A stretch of DNA of 64,000 bases from a virus. The stretch is from IMG/VR virus record IMGVR_UViG_3300028394_002011, one strand, 5' to 3'. Below, in pieces: positions 40,201 through 48,346 of the stretch. A model generated the notes under the pieces. The model had not been told where the DNA came from and searched no databases. It was given only the letters and a program-made list of their open reading frames with translations. The position numbers and the translations under genes were made by a program. The stretch's first letter is position 1. Each line of letters opens with the position of its first letter.

Positions 40201-42611
40201 GTACCGTACGGTGTTATATTACCCAAATCTCGTAAATTACTTGCGCCTGGGAAGGTTCCAATAAAAGTAAGTGCATAGGTATTATCAACAATGCTGTCTA
40301 CATGATCAATTACTTCACCCAGCGTTAATGTTGTTAATCCGCTGTTCAAAGGATTGTGTTGTAAATTTAATGGAATTTCATAAAATCCATTAGAATTTAT
40401 TGGCTGTGAAGCATATGTTTTTATTGTCAATACATCAGTTTTTAAAATATCTGCTTTTAATTTAATTGTTTTGTAGTCTGGGGCATCAACTACTGACCAG
40501 TGATCAGTTGCTAAACGTTTACCGTTAATGTATACACGAACTATTAAATCCTTGAGGTCTGAAATGTTATCAAAGATATCTAATTTAAAATTATTAGTTT
40601 GGGTTGAATTTTTATAAATTCGTATACCAGCTTGAGTATCCGATGCTACACAAGTTTCCCATGCATTTTTGTAAATTGTATTTCCTGCATAATCTTTTGT
40701 ACTGAGATATCCCGTATTAACAGGAATAGTTATAATATTAACAGATTCTCTATAAGAAAATTCATCTGTATCAAAATTAAAATCAAAAACAATGTCGCCT
40801 ATATTTTCTATATTCCTGTAAGAAAGCGCAAATCCAAGATTTGAATCACTTACTCCTGTTGGATTAACCCTATAAGAAAATAAGTAAGTTCCTTTAAAAG
40901 TAGTTCCATCATACTTGTCTATATCGCTAAAACTAATTCCAGTTGCATCAACTACATCAAATAACGGAAACTGGTTAGTATTAGTTTTTTGCTGTGCTGA
41001 AATCCATGTGGTACCAGTGAACCAATACATTAATCCTTGATTTGCGACTCCTTGTTTTACTAATACTACTTCATTATCAGCTGGTGAGTGCAGTTCAACT
41101 AAATGAATTTGGCGTGAATTAGCAGATAGATGTTTAACATCTATAAACTCTACTTTAAAAATTTTATTTTTAACTAATCTATCTGTATCCGATAAAAATA
41201 ATATTTTTTGTCCTTCAGATAAACTGATACCATCAATGCTATATCCTAAACTACCTTCAATTGTTGAAAATGCATCAGTTGTAAACGAGTCAACTAAATC
41301 AATATCAAAAATTGCATCTGTACCAAAATTGAATAATTTTAAATCTGCGTTGAATTCAATAATAGGACGTACTGCTCTAAGGGTTTGATCTAAAGATGCT
41401 ATTGTTTTATTAAATGATGCGCTGGCATTTATTACATCTTTATGAAACCATCGGTTATATCGAGACCAAGGATTATGATCTCGACTTGCTCTATTAATAA
41501 CCATATAGTCTAATGTTTTTGCAAAGCCGGTAGAATCGCTAAACGCATCTATATCAAAAGGGTTAGAATCAAATAATAATGTTTCAGATTCTGTATAAGT
41601 TGTTGATATTTCTAAAATTGATTTTTCAATCAATTGAATAGCAGTACCTACTCCCTCAACATAATATTCGCCCGTTGCATATTCGCTAGGAGTAACTTGT
41701 CCGCCAAACGATACTTTCATACCATTACTTAATGCAGTACCGTCACTTAATGTGTAGCTAACTTTGCCTAAAATTTCTGATTCAACATTGATGGATGAAT
41801 TTTCATCTATATTGTATATTTCAAAAAGGCCGCCTAAATTTACATCAGTCTCGCTTTGATAATATAAAACATTTGGAGAGTTTACAGGAATAGTCATTGT
41901 GATTACTCCACTTTCAACCCCATAAGAGTCTATCCCAGGTATTTCGTACCTATCGTCAATGCCGGTTGATCTTGCAGTTTTTATGCTGATTGGATTGCTT
42001 GGACTAGATATAATAAATTTATACGTTTGTCCCCTGTATAATTTAATCACAGGATTAGGAGTTAGACCGTCTGGAGTAAACACATACTGATTATTTTGTC
42101 CTTGATATTCAAGAGTAATTTTATAAGTACTCTGTGCTGTAAGTTGTTGGCCAAATATTTTAATAGTCTCGGGGCCGTACGATAACCAATAGTAGTTTTG
42201 AAAATTAACAAACTTGTCCCAATCAATATGAGGATTCCAAGAATAAAATTCTTGTTTATTAAGCCTAGCATGATTAGACACATTGGCTCCAAATACACTT
42301 AGTTGGCTTATATAATCAATATAGTCTTTAAAGAAAGTAGTATTGCCTAAAGTATCTTGTACTGTTAGTGACGGCTCTAATTGATAATTCTGACGAATTA
42401 AATTTGGAGCTTCGATGAATAAATCTGTACCCGAAGTTGATTTTGAATAAGGTCTGCCAACAAATCCGTTGACTTTTTTAACAGTGCCTGGAGCTACCAA
42501 CTGATCTACTGTTGCTTGTAAAAATCTTTTGTTAGCATCTGTTTTAAAAAAGTTAGGTATTAAATTTACGCTAAGTCCTTTAGACCCCGATGGATTTGTA
42601 AAATCAGTCAT
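28203..42611 (-). CDS. Giant 4802-aa virion protein (baseplate wedge gp7-like position; multidomain)
   Basis: Uninterrupted 14.4-kb ORF coupled to gp6; contains beta-propeller-like and CBM5/12-like repeats. Confidence 0.75.
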   Translation of the reverse strand: MTDFTNPSGSKGLSVNLIPNFFKTDANKRFLQATVDQLVAPGTVKKVNGFVGRPYSKSTSGTDLFIEAPNLIRQNYQLEPSLTVQDTLGNTTFFKDYIDYISQLSVFGANVSNHARLNKQEFYSWNPHIDWDKFVNFQNYYWLSYGPETIKIFGQQLTAQSTYKITLEYQGQNNQYVFTPDGLTPNPVIKLYRGQTYKFIISSPSNPISIKTARSTGIDDRYEIPGIDSYGVESGVITMTIPVNSPNVLYYQSETDVNLGGLFEIYNIDENSSINVESEILGKVSYTLSDGTALSNGMKVSFGGQVTPSEYATGEYYVEGVGTAIQLIEKSILEISTTYTESETLLFDSNPFDIDAFSDSTGFAKTLDYMVINRASRDHNPWSRYNRWFHKDVINASASFNKTIASLDQTLRAVRPIIEFNADLKLFNFGTDAIFDIDLVDSFTTDAFSTIEGSLGYSIDGISLSEGQKILFLSDTDRLVKNKIFKVEFIDVKHLSANSRQIHLVELHSPADNEVVLVKQGVANQGLMYWFTGTTWISAQQKTNTNQFPLFDVVDATGISFSDIDKYDGTTFKGTYLFSYRVNPTGVSDSNLGFALSYRNIENIGDIVFDFNFDTDEFSYRESVNIITIPVNTGYLSTKDYAGNTIYKNAWETCVASDTQAGIRIYKNSTQTNNFKLDIFDNISDLKDLIVRVYINGKRLATDHWSVVDAPDYKTIKLKADILKTDVLTIKTYASQPINSNGFYEIPLNLQHNPLNSGLTTLTLGEVIDHVDSIVDNTYALTFIGTFPGASNLRDLGNITPYGTKFVQHSSPSSISLYHITTDTNNVIRAIQENRDKYIQFKKNFLAVALNLGIETTPSKQVDLILEQINKDKSKTDPYYFSDMVPYRTGVKTNITVVDPRIKTYPLKTNFTLDILSNKAVIVYVNDLQLIYQADYYFNEQGFVVINYTLAENDTISIVEYDSTDGSFIPETPTKLGMWPKYKPMLYLDTTLVTPRWMIQGHDGSHVLAYGTYGINGVADYRDAIILELEKRIFNNIKVEYNTEIFDVAELIPSYNRPGDYSRKEFDQVLAPSFYQWASLVDRDFTKPLSFDRNNPFTFKYNSFSTPDGQETPGYWRRIYQWIYDTDRPNICPWEMLGFSIEPSWWQTLYGPAPYTSDNLVMWKDISEGFIRNPDAPAVQVKNYIKPFLLKHLPVDSTGNLVNPLVSGFISGTITAHSQTDFVFGDGSPVETAWRRSSHYAFSVILTAILLKPSDTFGKLLDRSRITRNLCGQLVYNETGLRIKSEDIKFPSIYSSAERVQTSGIINYIINYILSDNLKSYDTYAYDLTYLNTKLSHRVGAFTSKEKFKLLLDSKSPLSTSSVFVPPEDYTVILNSSSPIKKLTYSGVIVSKLPDGYEIKGYSKSTPYFKYYQYQQSGVTINIGGISENFVAWTANEHYGLGQVVKYNNQYFRSVVMHTTSGTFSNSYYEALPRLPIIGGRDAVIRKSWDKSIINTIPYGTKFEKIQEVVDFLLGYGEWLKDEGFIFDEFNPVLKAVTNWETSAKEFLFWTTQNWSTGQDKWVEWTPGMRITYGDIVRYNGDYFKANKNSTASVFLETDFTKLDGLNNNGSSAISLSPAAAKLTFKTELSVIDDIRNPFNGYEIFKVDGTPLEPTFINSYREDNAVSYSPRGEDGIYGATFYLIQQEHVVLLNNITIFNDTIFKPETGYKQDRIKIAGYVSTDWYGGLDIPGFILDVAKIQNWTPWEDYDLGDIVKYKQFYYTASRFLPGAVSFVNEDWILLDKKPVTQLLPNWTYKAEQFTDFYSLDSDNFDTAQQQLAQHLIGYQKRQYLTNIIKDDVSEFKFYQGMIREKGTQNSLNKLFDVKSALGEESLTFYEEWAIRTGQYGASEAFESIEFVLEESKMRSNPQGFYLSENFDDPNDFIITYNSNQVYLKPVGYTSNPWPVLTEYRPYLRSAGYFRSDEVFTTVMSLEDIVSTKTDPALFQPNAFVACTFEGIGWNVYKYIDSNVTVTNVDYSSSAKTLTITLSELVDFTVGSYIGIDQVDLIKGFYKIIAVSLNTFTVSATIPTWAPPFTQSQRVVIFKFVSQRSAAMDLVDSRTRPPLITGDKLWIDSDSNNKWAVWEYSPVYSRKLIPNSTPVDGANYGKTISCTKLGKIIAIGSNSGDTEIWDKSGYNAQWIQRQLVTKPFVSYSPNVSKLATVVALSFDGKWLATGSPLASNAYTKLKGDFNTNTAYVTDDIVYLGNSGAYTGFYQALQNNTNSTMSRTDGVAGLIPNVSSWKKIKYVSTILSGTSSNLTEQGVISLYSKDANNIFTLVDTIVSPFPTNNEKFGSQLAFANDILYISAVGYNSNAGRVYKLEHSVDVQATTYYNPVGSLSTTLKVTSTLGILPGMLITGVGFTSGQIVSSVIDSTTLTISQQPDITPIGLIKFSTVGWGFNLSATLSGDVANRHFGSGIVATDDDSALVVTANNDSLSGQVKIYRSGVLSQTITGTNLNFGKSVDISDNADYLVISDSLANNEKPNAGTVNVYKFTESAFVPYQTLKNHKSENSGYFGSKVAFINDYKTLVVYSSDEDTILKTIFDEYETIFDKDSTNISQLAVESGRIDVYDMYETKWIYSETLENLQTAAAGFGQGIATGNNHIIVTAPFEFDQNLQSGIVIDYEKKENAFSWTIKHQQITVPDPSKIKSAFLYNKATGELVKYIDIIDLAQGKIAGPAREEIKYSCYYDPATYSISNASDDVTVDSGAPWGKSQVGYIWWDLRTTKLIDAYDNSVVYRNSVWNSLAVGATVDLYEWVESTLLPAAWDTQADTEAGIANGISGKSLYGNNVYSIKERFDTGSQTKKYTYYYWVKNKKTIPNMPSRNLSASDIASLIENPRGSAYTYLALTGTNSFSLVNAAEYLQDSNIVLSVEYWTVNNTSQNIHSQWKIINNDSGTILPAHLEQKWFDSLCGKDAMGRDVPDLSLAEKLRYGVENRPRQGMFINRFEALKQLVEETNAVLLENPTVDSRNIANIDVKESAPNLVSGLYDTTQATSDELRFVNVGAFRRPVIDSCTIIDGKIIDVNISYTGRGYLVAPYISISGSGEGAIVRAILSSNGTGQIVGVTIINPGEGYDDNTVATVRDYSVLVTNDSGARGVWSIYSYDPDGKLWSRTKSQSYDVTAYWKKIDWFASGYSQFTAIDHAVDMVSDLKTLNDDVGQIIKVRTTTTGWSLLEKISNVESFDYTQMYKVIGLENGTIQLNSALYQSSTVSTGYDGTTYDGIAFDNSPNLELRIILESLKNDIFIDDLKTKYLNLFFTTVRYALSEQVYLDWIFKTSFIKARHNVGKLSTPVTYNNDNLSNFQDYINEVKPFKSKIREYVSSYQLVDSTPTMVSDFDLPPIYRNNAITTIATNATRGSITADDATIRQYPWKNWLDNVGFIVTDIKIINGGSGYIGEPVVKITNDSGSGATARAFFTNGVINRIILLTHGTGYLSAPTVSLIGGLSPTGVAARAVAIIGNSVSSSEHHGVIRSGLIKIKFDRISNSYFFVNLEETEFINTTGNLQYKLTYAPDAIIGSSTVTINDIPVLRENYKLTTVITKTDYTRYSGLITFAPGTQPKTGQVIKIVYLKNQSLLSAADRIHHYYNPQDGDIGNDLSQLMTGVDYGGVIIQGLGFDISAGWGTTPWFTDKWDSFDPLFDDYILTVAANTHSFTLPYTPSAGTKINTYYVGLNLTTIPVVTDTLVYPYTYIGTNPTATLVRNTTAGGTSTNYIPVGTYDPTSVIIKVASVTGILPGMSVLGVGFTSKQIVLLTNPTYNTVTLSASPNIQPNGTLYFTKSVAGSTTLSLSSTIGLKVGDKVSTSSAPSFGVDTVIKTILNSTEILLNQIIYVTVPTASTIVFTRPLSKYTDIIISNGFVNLTSSLISGSVINIASTLPSIKLDDENFGTPQQTNANAVISTFIGNGNSNVITIPNTFTVSAGDKFILRKSTSDGSIVPQDIDYDSLVTGGDMNYATASGLNADDILIDGDGFVTPTSSPAPEEVVPGQVVDAVAIKVYDQPNSGAANIKVDNFIGDGLTTTFKMSQTPNSAESIVVKKSNIILNSDQYIIDYRNRKISLISAPSIGEIISIYNIGFNGNNILDIDYFIADGTTSEFITKAPWLSAVTSIVYIDGVVATPDLFQTDASYETANRVALRFESAPTNNALINYVIVSGNQKTFAITKKEKIVTTGTNTYTLAFPVGNNLPAEANMIVRVNQNILPSPISSYFTIKNNKLSYKIDPTKIVPYSTPITNILVIVGTTVLKLGTDYTVDPGGLTIKINKITYATYVNQTLIVTVNSSQGYVYNPTNNTVVFSESYTNSDVVEVISSYNHDILDIQRTAITISTNLSITQNSTEYYTYKEALSGLIALDRTVISDEYIWVIKNNTLLVPSVDYKLNDNKQSIQLATTPAISDVFTLITFGNNVLGSTISYMQFKDMLNRVHYKRLSRNKQTRLIQPLKFNDTSIVVDDASNFDAPNPAINRPGIIEIKGERIEYFGLTGNTLSKLRRGTLGTGVPTLHKTGTLVQDIGPSETLPYTESSVIQQIESDGSSVINLNFVPTKVVETTVNFTIGRQYKIVTLGTTDWNKVANTTGVLYAVGNTVTIVNLSTGTGTAISTSYGQCDEIEVFIGGYNIDTVWTSNVAYTVGAIVISGSYTYQATVAHTSKTNFKQDYDLGYWKLFVGNTRLKKTPYIVHHELQSSVASLNPSDFDQLMAAEFTVDGISAAVRLTTPVDIGVKVTVVKRMGTDWDSKLNIQYDSGAITEFLKATPGIWYS

Positions 42612-45600
42612 TAGATATTTCCGTATGTTGAGCTAGTTGTGTTTTGTGATGATACTGCGCTGAGTGCTTGCCCAGTTACCGATTTAATATTACCCGATGT
42701 TATTCCAGTAATTATTTCAATATCGTCTACAGTTGCACTACTAATAAAAATCTGATCGCTTGGACATTTTATTTCAAATAAACTGCCAAAATAAGATCCG
42801 TCTTGTCTTGGCACAATAATAAAATTAGTAATATCAGGAGCAAGTTGTGTCATTACATAAGTTGATAATTCTGTAAAATAAAATATATCTCCAAAATTCC
42901 AATTGTCTAATGTAAAGAATTGGTTGATTGCAGTTATTGCTCTTGATTTAATATCGTTTTCTGAAACTACTGAATTTAAACTTTTAGTTATTTTAAAACT
43001 AGCTTGCAAATCAATTGTCGCAGAAGCTCCAAATAATAATTTATATGTAACTGGATGGTACACAATTTCATCACTAATTGATTTAATTAAATTCAATTTT
43101 GGAGCAATCAAATTATATAATTCGGCCGAGCTTGGAGGTAACGGTTTAACAGTAGTAGAGCCGTCTAACCACTGACGGAACAGTGTATCATAACTCTTGG
43201 TTAATACGTAAATATCCATAATGTTGCTTGCGCCTGGATCTATTCTAGATTCATAATCGGCTCTATGAATGTACTGGAATTTTAAATTGCCTCGTCCAAC
43301 ATATACTTTGTAATCTAATGTTGGTACTAATAAAGATTTTGTTAAGTTTAATTCCTTAACTACTCCAGTATCTGAGAAGTAAAAATGTTGTCCGTCTATG
43401 TATTGAGATAACGATCCAATACTAGCCTGATTTGCAAAAAATAATACTTTGTTATCAGAATTATTTCTATAACGATAATCATTTTGTCCAGCCGAGATAG
43501 CGTATTTTTCTTGTACTATAAAAGAATTTTGAATATTCTGGTAATCAACAATATCAAGGAATAATTGTGGATTATCAACTATGTCATTATTATCCGAATC
43601 TTGGAACGATACTACTATTTTTTTATTATCAATGTAGCCGTCTAATCCATTAAATGATGATACAATATCCCATTTTAAATCCTGTGTAAAAGGCTTACCA
43701 GACGATCCTGGTTTTGTGTTTATACTTAAAATATTAATTAAATCTTTTACAACTGAATTAGAAGTGCTGTCATAAACTGCTGTATTGTCTTCAAAGAAAA
43801 ATCTTATTTCGTCATCGCTTTCAAATACATATCGTAATAATCTAGTTGTAATTGTATAGAAATCGTTATCAGTAGTAAACAACAATATCCAACTCGAATC
43901 GTTCTTTAAATTAGATAAACTACCTTGATTAGACAAACTAAAACCAGATGTTGCATCTAAATTAGTTTCAAATATGATTTTCCAACTTTGATCAGTCGCA
44001 TCGTAACGTAACCCAAACGGCCTGTTACTGTATATTAAATCTATCATTTGTGTAATTACTGAACTGGCAATTGACAATGATAACTTAGGAATAATTTGTG
44101 TTATCTGTGCAGTTGAAGGCACTACTTGATTTAAAGTAATAGGGCCAAGTCCGCTAGAAAGTATTCCTGTTCCGGCGGCAGTGCCGTTTGCGTTAACAGA
44201 TATTACTTGTGCCCATATATAACTTGATCGCCCGGATAATGTAGCATCTCCAACTTTTAATGCGTTTGACTTATTAAGGTCAAAATAGTAGCCGGTTGGG
44301 GCTGTAAATTTTACTAAAGCATTAGCTGTTAAATATTTTAAGTCTGTTGCTGTATACGACCCTACTGGATAAGGCCTTATATCATTTAATTCTCCAACAT
44401 AACCAGTGCTAGAAGTGGTATCAGATGTTTTATTATACCATACAATGTTTAAACTTGTAGATAAAAAGTTAATAAAGTTTGAATAATAAAAATTTCTCAA
44501 ATCTGCATTTTTAATGATATCAATAATTTGATTATAAATTATACCTTCAATATCTACCTTAGTAGCATATTTAAATTTGATAGGTAACGTATAAGATTCT
44601 TGGAATATAACTCCGTCGTTTCCAAATAAATTAGTACTACTATATTTTCCAGTAGGGTCTTTAAGATCAAAGTATCTACTAATACCACTGGATGTTCTGT
44701 TAACTGATTTTATTTTAGCAACTTGTTGGTTAGCTGACAGCGGACTAATGTTATAGTCTTCAGCTGTTATCATTCTGTTTTGTGTATAATAAGTGGCTGA
44801 TGCATTTGCCTTAATGTATGCGTTAGTTTCGCTAGCCGAGGCATTAGAAACTGTGCTTACTAAACTTAATGTAACAGTTAAAGTTTCGTTTTGTCCTTTA
44901 CGAGAAGTATATGGAATAGATATAGAAATGTTTCTAATATCTGCAGGGTTGATAATATAAGAAAGGCCGTTACTAATACGATAATAAGTTCTAAAATCTC
45001 CAAGCGGTAATGTTCCAAATGTGCCATCACTAAATGCTAAACTAACAGCATCGCCTGTTCTTGTAACTACTGCATAGATATTTTTTATACTTTTATTAAG
45101 GCTGTTATAGATAACATTATTTCCAGTAAGTTCTGGAATTTTTGTCCATAGTTCTGCTTCTGCACCGTTCTGATCTAATCTATAAAGCCATACATCTGTA
45201 TTATTAATATTCTGTGTTGCAATATCTATACTTTCATTTGTACTAGGCTGACTAACTGTAAATGCACCTGCATTTAACGTTCCTTGTGTAAAATTAAAAA
45301 AGAACCCAGTGTTAATACTTGCGGCACCGTGGCCGTCGTCTCTATAAACACAAGCAGGACTATTACCTACTTTTGGAGCTTCTTCATAGATATAATCTTC
45401 GCCTGTGAATGTAGTGCTAGTAATTTCAAAATTCATAGATTTGCCTGCTATTGATTTTGAAAAAGCATACACTGGTACATCTGTGTTGGATCCTTGAAAT
45501 CTATATTGGCTTGTTGGAATGCCATAGATGTCTGCTTTAGCCGAAGGATTTCCAAATTGTTGTGTGGCAGGCATAGCGGCATTCATCACTTTGGTAAACT

Positions 45601-46063
45601 GATCTAACCAGTTAGCATTTGATGGATCGTTCCATGTGATAACTTGTCCTGCTAAGTTTCTTCCGTTACTATCTACCACAGTTTCGGTTGTTCGAACGGT
45701 AGTAAATTTTAATAAACCCTTAGCTGGTACATTACGTTTTGCATTATAGCTGATTAATCGTGCTAAACGTAATACACTATCACGACGTTCGGCCAGCTCT
45801 AAAAAGTTTTCTCGAGCATTTAAATCTACACGGAATGCAATGCTTTGTCCAAGGAAAGCAATAAGATCTACCAAAGCAAGATATTCGCTAGATTCAATAT
45901 AGTCGTTAAAATCTTCAGGGTAATTTGTTCGAAGATAGGTAATCATAGTCCTGCGAAGATTTTCAAAGTCATAGCTTTGGAAATCTGCATTTTTAAAAGA
46001 CTGATAAATCTTTTTCCAATCTTCAGTAATTAGCAAGTTATTTTGTCTATCAATGGAGCTCAT
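42611..46063 (-). CDS. gp6: Baseplate wedge subunit (T4 gp6-like)
   Basis: ADFQSYDFENLR...DFNDYIESSE...ENFLELAERRDSVLRLA; RMITAEDY. Confidence 0.85.
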   Translation of the reverse strand: MSSIDRQNNLLITEDWKKIYQSFKNADFQSYDFENLRRTMITYLRTNYPEDFNDYIESSEYLALVDLIAFLGQSIAFRVDLNARENFLELAERRDSVLRLARLISYNAKRNVPAKGLLKFTTVRTTETVVDSNGRNLAGQVITWNDPSNANWLDQFTKVMNAAMPATQQFGNPSAKADIYGIPTSQYRFQGSNTDVPVYAFSKSIAGKSMNFEITSTTFTGEDYIYEEAPKVGNSPACVYRDDGHGAASINTGFFFNFTQGTLNAGAFTVSQPSTNESIDIATQNINNTDVWLYRLDQNGAEAELWTKIPELTGNNVIYNSLNKSIKNIYAVVTRTGDAVSLAFSDGTFGTLPLGDFRTYYRISNGLSYIINPADIRNISISIPYTSRKGQNETLTVTLSLVSTVSNASASETNAYIKANASATYYTQNRMITAEDYNISPLSANQQVAKIKSVNRTSSGISRYFDLKDPTGKYSSTNLFGNDGVIFQESYTLPIKFKYATKVDIEGIIYNQIIDIIKNADLRNFYYSNFINFLSTSLNIVWYNKTSDTTSSTGYVGELNDIRPYPVGSYTATDLKYLTANALVKFTAPTGYYFDLNKSNALKVGDATLSGRSSYIWAQVISVNANGTAAGTGILSSGLGPITLNQVVPSTAQITQIIPKLSLSIASSVITQMIDLIYSNRPFGLRYDATDQSWKIIFETNLDATSGFSLSNQGSLSNLKNDSSWILLFTTDNDFYTITTRLLRYVFESDDEIRFFFEDNTAVYDSTSNSVVKDLINILSINTKPGSSGKPFTQDLKWDIVSSFNGLDGYIDNKKIVVSFQDSDNNDIVDNPQLFLDIVDYQNIQNSFIVQEKYAISAGQNDYRYRNNSDNKVLFFANQASIGSLSQYIDGQHFYFSDTGVVKELNLTKSLLVPTLDYKVYVGRGNLKFQYIHRADYESRIDPGASNIMDIYVLTKSYDTLFRQWLDGSTTVKPLPPSSAELYNLIAPKLNLIKSISDEIVYHPVTYKLLFGASATIDLQASFKITKSLNSVVSENDIKSRAITAINQFFTLDNWNFGDIFYFTELSTYVMTQLAPDITNFIIVPRQDGSYFGSLFEIKCPSDQIFISSATVDDIEIITGITSGNIKSVTGQALSAVSSQNTTSSTYGNI

Positions 46064-46080
46064 ATTTTATCCTAGTATTG

Positions 46081-46087
46081 TATTTAT
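46081..46087 (-). promoter_or_regulatory. Late promoter motif ATAAATA
   Basis: About 18 nt upstream of the gp6 start. Confidence 0.6.
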
Positions 46088-46109
46088 TTTCAAAGATTAA
46101 CTGCGTATT

Positions 46110-46553
46110 TTACTGCATTAGTAGACCGTTAGCTTGATCAAATCGTAACTGTAAAGTTTGCGAAATATTATAAGGTAAAAATATCAAGGTGCATTGTACC
46201 TGTATGCCCTGCTCATACGCTGTCACTGTAACGTTTTCTGCTTTTACCCGAGGGTCATAATTGACTATTTGATTAATATTTTCTAACACTAGATTTTTTA
46301 TTTCTGGCGTTAATGGCTCAAATAACAAGTCCCAAATAATTGTTCCAAAGTCAGGTTGCATCAATCTCTCACCTTGACGTGTGTAAAAATGATTAAACAA
46401 ATCTTGTTTGATTAATTCAAAATCATAAAGATTATAGTTTTCTGTGTTAGTGTTAACTGTACTAAATCCTTTGTATTTTTTTTCGCCAAGGTTATCTGGC
46501 TGACTTGCGGCAGGCAAGGTTATTTTTTTATATAATTTTGCATTTGAACTCAT
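46110..46553 (-). CDS. gp25: Baseplate wedge subunit (gp25/GPW family)
   Basis: YKGFST...IKQDLFNHF.TRQGERLMQPDFGT.IWDLLFEP. Confidence 0.9.
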   Translation of the reverse strand: MSSNAKLYKKITLPAASQPDNLGEKKYKGFSTVNTNTENYNLYDFELIKQDLFNHFYTRQGERLMQPDFGTIIWDLLFEPLTPEIKNLVLENINQIVNYDPRVKAENVTVTAYEQGIQVQCTLIFLPYNISQTLQLRFDQANGLLMQ

Positions 46554-48346
46554 TATTGTTGCTCCTCTGGGGGCGCTTCAGGCGGAATTATTTTAAATGT
46601 ATCACTAGTCGTTGAATATGTTTTCCACAAATCAGGTGGAGTCAACATTGTTTCGGTAAAATCGCTTTGCTCTGACGTTTGTTCTTCGTCAGTATCTTCA
46701 TACCTGCCATCAATATCTCTATCAGTTTCTTCTGGTTTGACTTTGATTGGGTCTAAGTTTTCATGATAAACATAAGGCTCTGTAGTAACAACTCTACGCA
46801 TGATAGTAGGTGGCAACACTGTATCATCATACTCGCCTGTTTCAATAGAAAGTTTGTGTAATTTTAATCGTTGCGGTAATACTGCTTCACTTGCTTCGCT
46901 TGCTTCACTTGCTGTAGATGCGGCAGGCCCGTTAAGATTAATGTTGCCGCCAGAGATAGTAGTGTTGGCGGCGGCTATTTCCATGTTGCCGCCAGAAGTT
47001 TGAAAATTATGTCCGCCAATGTTCAAGTCAAAAGCGCCGCCTACTTTATGCTGATACGCACCGTCAAAGACTTTGTCAGCGTTACCTAACACATGTTGCA
47101 AATAATTAGTATCGTATAGTTTGTTTACATCTTCTTTAACATGATGCGTATATTTTTGATCGTAGGTTTTATCAACATCCATCTTTATATGAATTTTTTG
47201 ATTTTCATCTACAATTAAAATATGATCTTTAAGCACGTGAGTATGCATTTCTTCTTGAACTTTAATATTAAAATTACGTTTTGCTTCTATGTTAATATCT
47301 CTACCAGAGTACAAATTCAAATCATTTTCTGTTTTAATGCTGATACTGTCTTGTGCAAAAATATCAATTTTGCCATCGCTAGTTAGTTCAATCCAAGCAG
47401 TGCCTCTAGAGTTGGTAATATAAATTAAATCTTCACTGTTGTGCAACAATATCTGATGCCCAGTACGGGTCCTGATACGAATTAATTCGTTGTGTGGAAT
47501 TTCTACATCACCATCGGTGTCGCCATCTTCTAAAGATGCATACTCTGGAGGGCCTTCGCTTGCTGTTTTCTTTCGCAAAAATCTAGAATCGCCGTCGTCC
47601 ATTACCCAAGTACTGCCGCCAAGTCTACCAACAAATGCATTGTCAATTTTCCATTCTTTTTTGCCGATGCGACCACGGGGAGCACCATCCCGTTTATCGA
47701 CTGGCCCTGGGGTACTGATGCCAAATACCATGCTTGGGACTTCGCGTCTAGCACTGCTTGTTGTAATTCCTCGAATATCATCAAACAATAAACCTTGGCG
47801 ATCTAATGCATCTGCCAACGGATGTTTAGGTTTAAGTAATTGAGTAACGTCCGGGTCTTTTAAATCATTTACTTTCTTATTATATTCTGCTACAGGAACT
47901 CTGCCATAATTACCTGCATTGTCAGACTCTGCATCTTCAACAACTTTTTGTGTTGCGGCCAGTCCTGGCACCATAAAATTCATGCCTTCGTCTTGCACAC
48001 ATCCAATCCAGTAGCCTCGCCGAGCATCGCCGTCAATAAAAATTACTACAACAGTAGTGCCTACATCGGGCGGCACTGCCCACCAACCATAGCTTTTTTG
48101 TGTGCTACCATAATCATCATTTTCTCCAAGATGCGAAGCTGAAGTAACTCCGTAAAATGGACTCATATATTTTACTTGATGGATCGAAGTTTCGTCACTA
48201 GTATTGCCTGTTGGTCTTAGCAACTCAACTTCAATGGTGCCCATATATGTAGGGTCTTGGTGGCCAATTACTGTGGCAAGAAACGGGCCTGGTCTAGGAT
48301 CAGGTGATCCGGTGGACGCATAATTAAAATTATTTTCAGAACCCAT
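46553..48346 (-). CDS. gp5: Baseplate central spike (gp5/VgrG-like), no lysozyme domain visible
   Basis: N-terminal OB-fold (SYGWWAVPPDVG..V...F..GD...GYWIG), RTRTGHQILL, 8-residue beta-helix repeats. Confidence 0.8.
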   Translation of the reverse strand: MGSENNFNYASTGSPDPRPGPFLATVIGHQDPTYMGTIEVELLRPTGNTSDETSIHQVKYMSPFYGVTSASHLGENDDYGSTQKSYGWWAVPPDVGTTVVVIFIDGDARRGYWIGCVQDEGMNFMVPGLAATQKVVEDAESDNAGNYGRVPVAEYNKKVNDLKDPDVTQLLKPKHPLADALDRQGLLFDDIRGITTSSARREVPSMVFGISTPGPVDKRDGAPRGRIGKKEWKIDNAFVGRLGGSTWVMDDGDSRFLRKKTASEGPPEYASLEDGDTDGDVEIPHNELIRIRTRTGHQILLHNSEDLIYITNSRGTAWIELTSDGKIDIFAQDSISIKTENDLNLYSGRDINIEAKRNFNIKVQEEMHTHVLKDHILIVDENQKIHIKMDVDKTYDQKYTHHVKEDVNKLYDTNYLQHVLGNADKVFDGAYQHKVGGAFDLNIGGHNFQTSGGNMEIAAANTTISGGNINLNGPAASTASEASEASEAVLPQRLKLHKLSIETGEYDDTVLPPTIMRRVVTTEPYVYHENLDPIKVKPEETDRDIDGRYEDTDEEQTSEQSDFTETMLTPPDLWKTYSTTSDTFKIIPPEAPPEEQQ

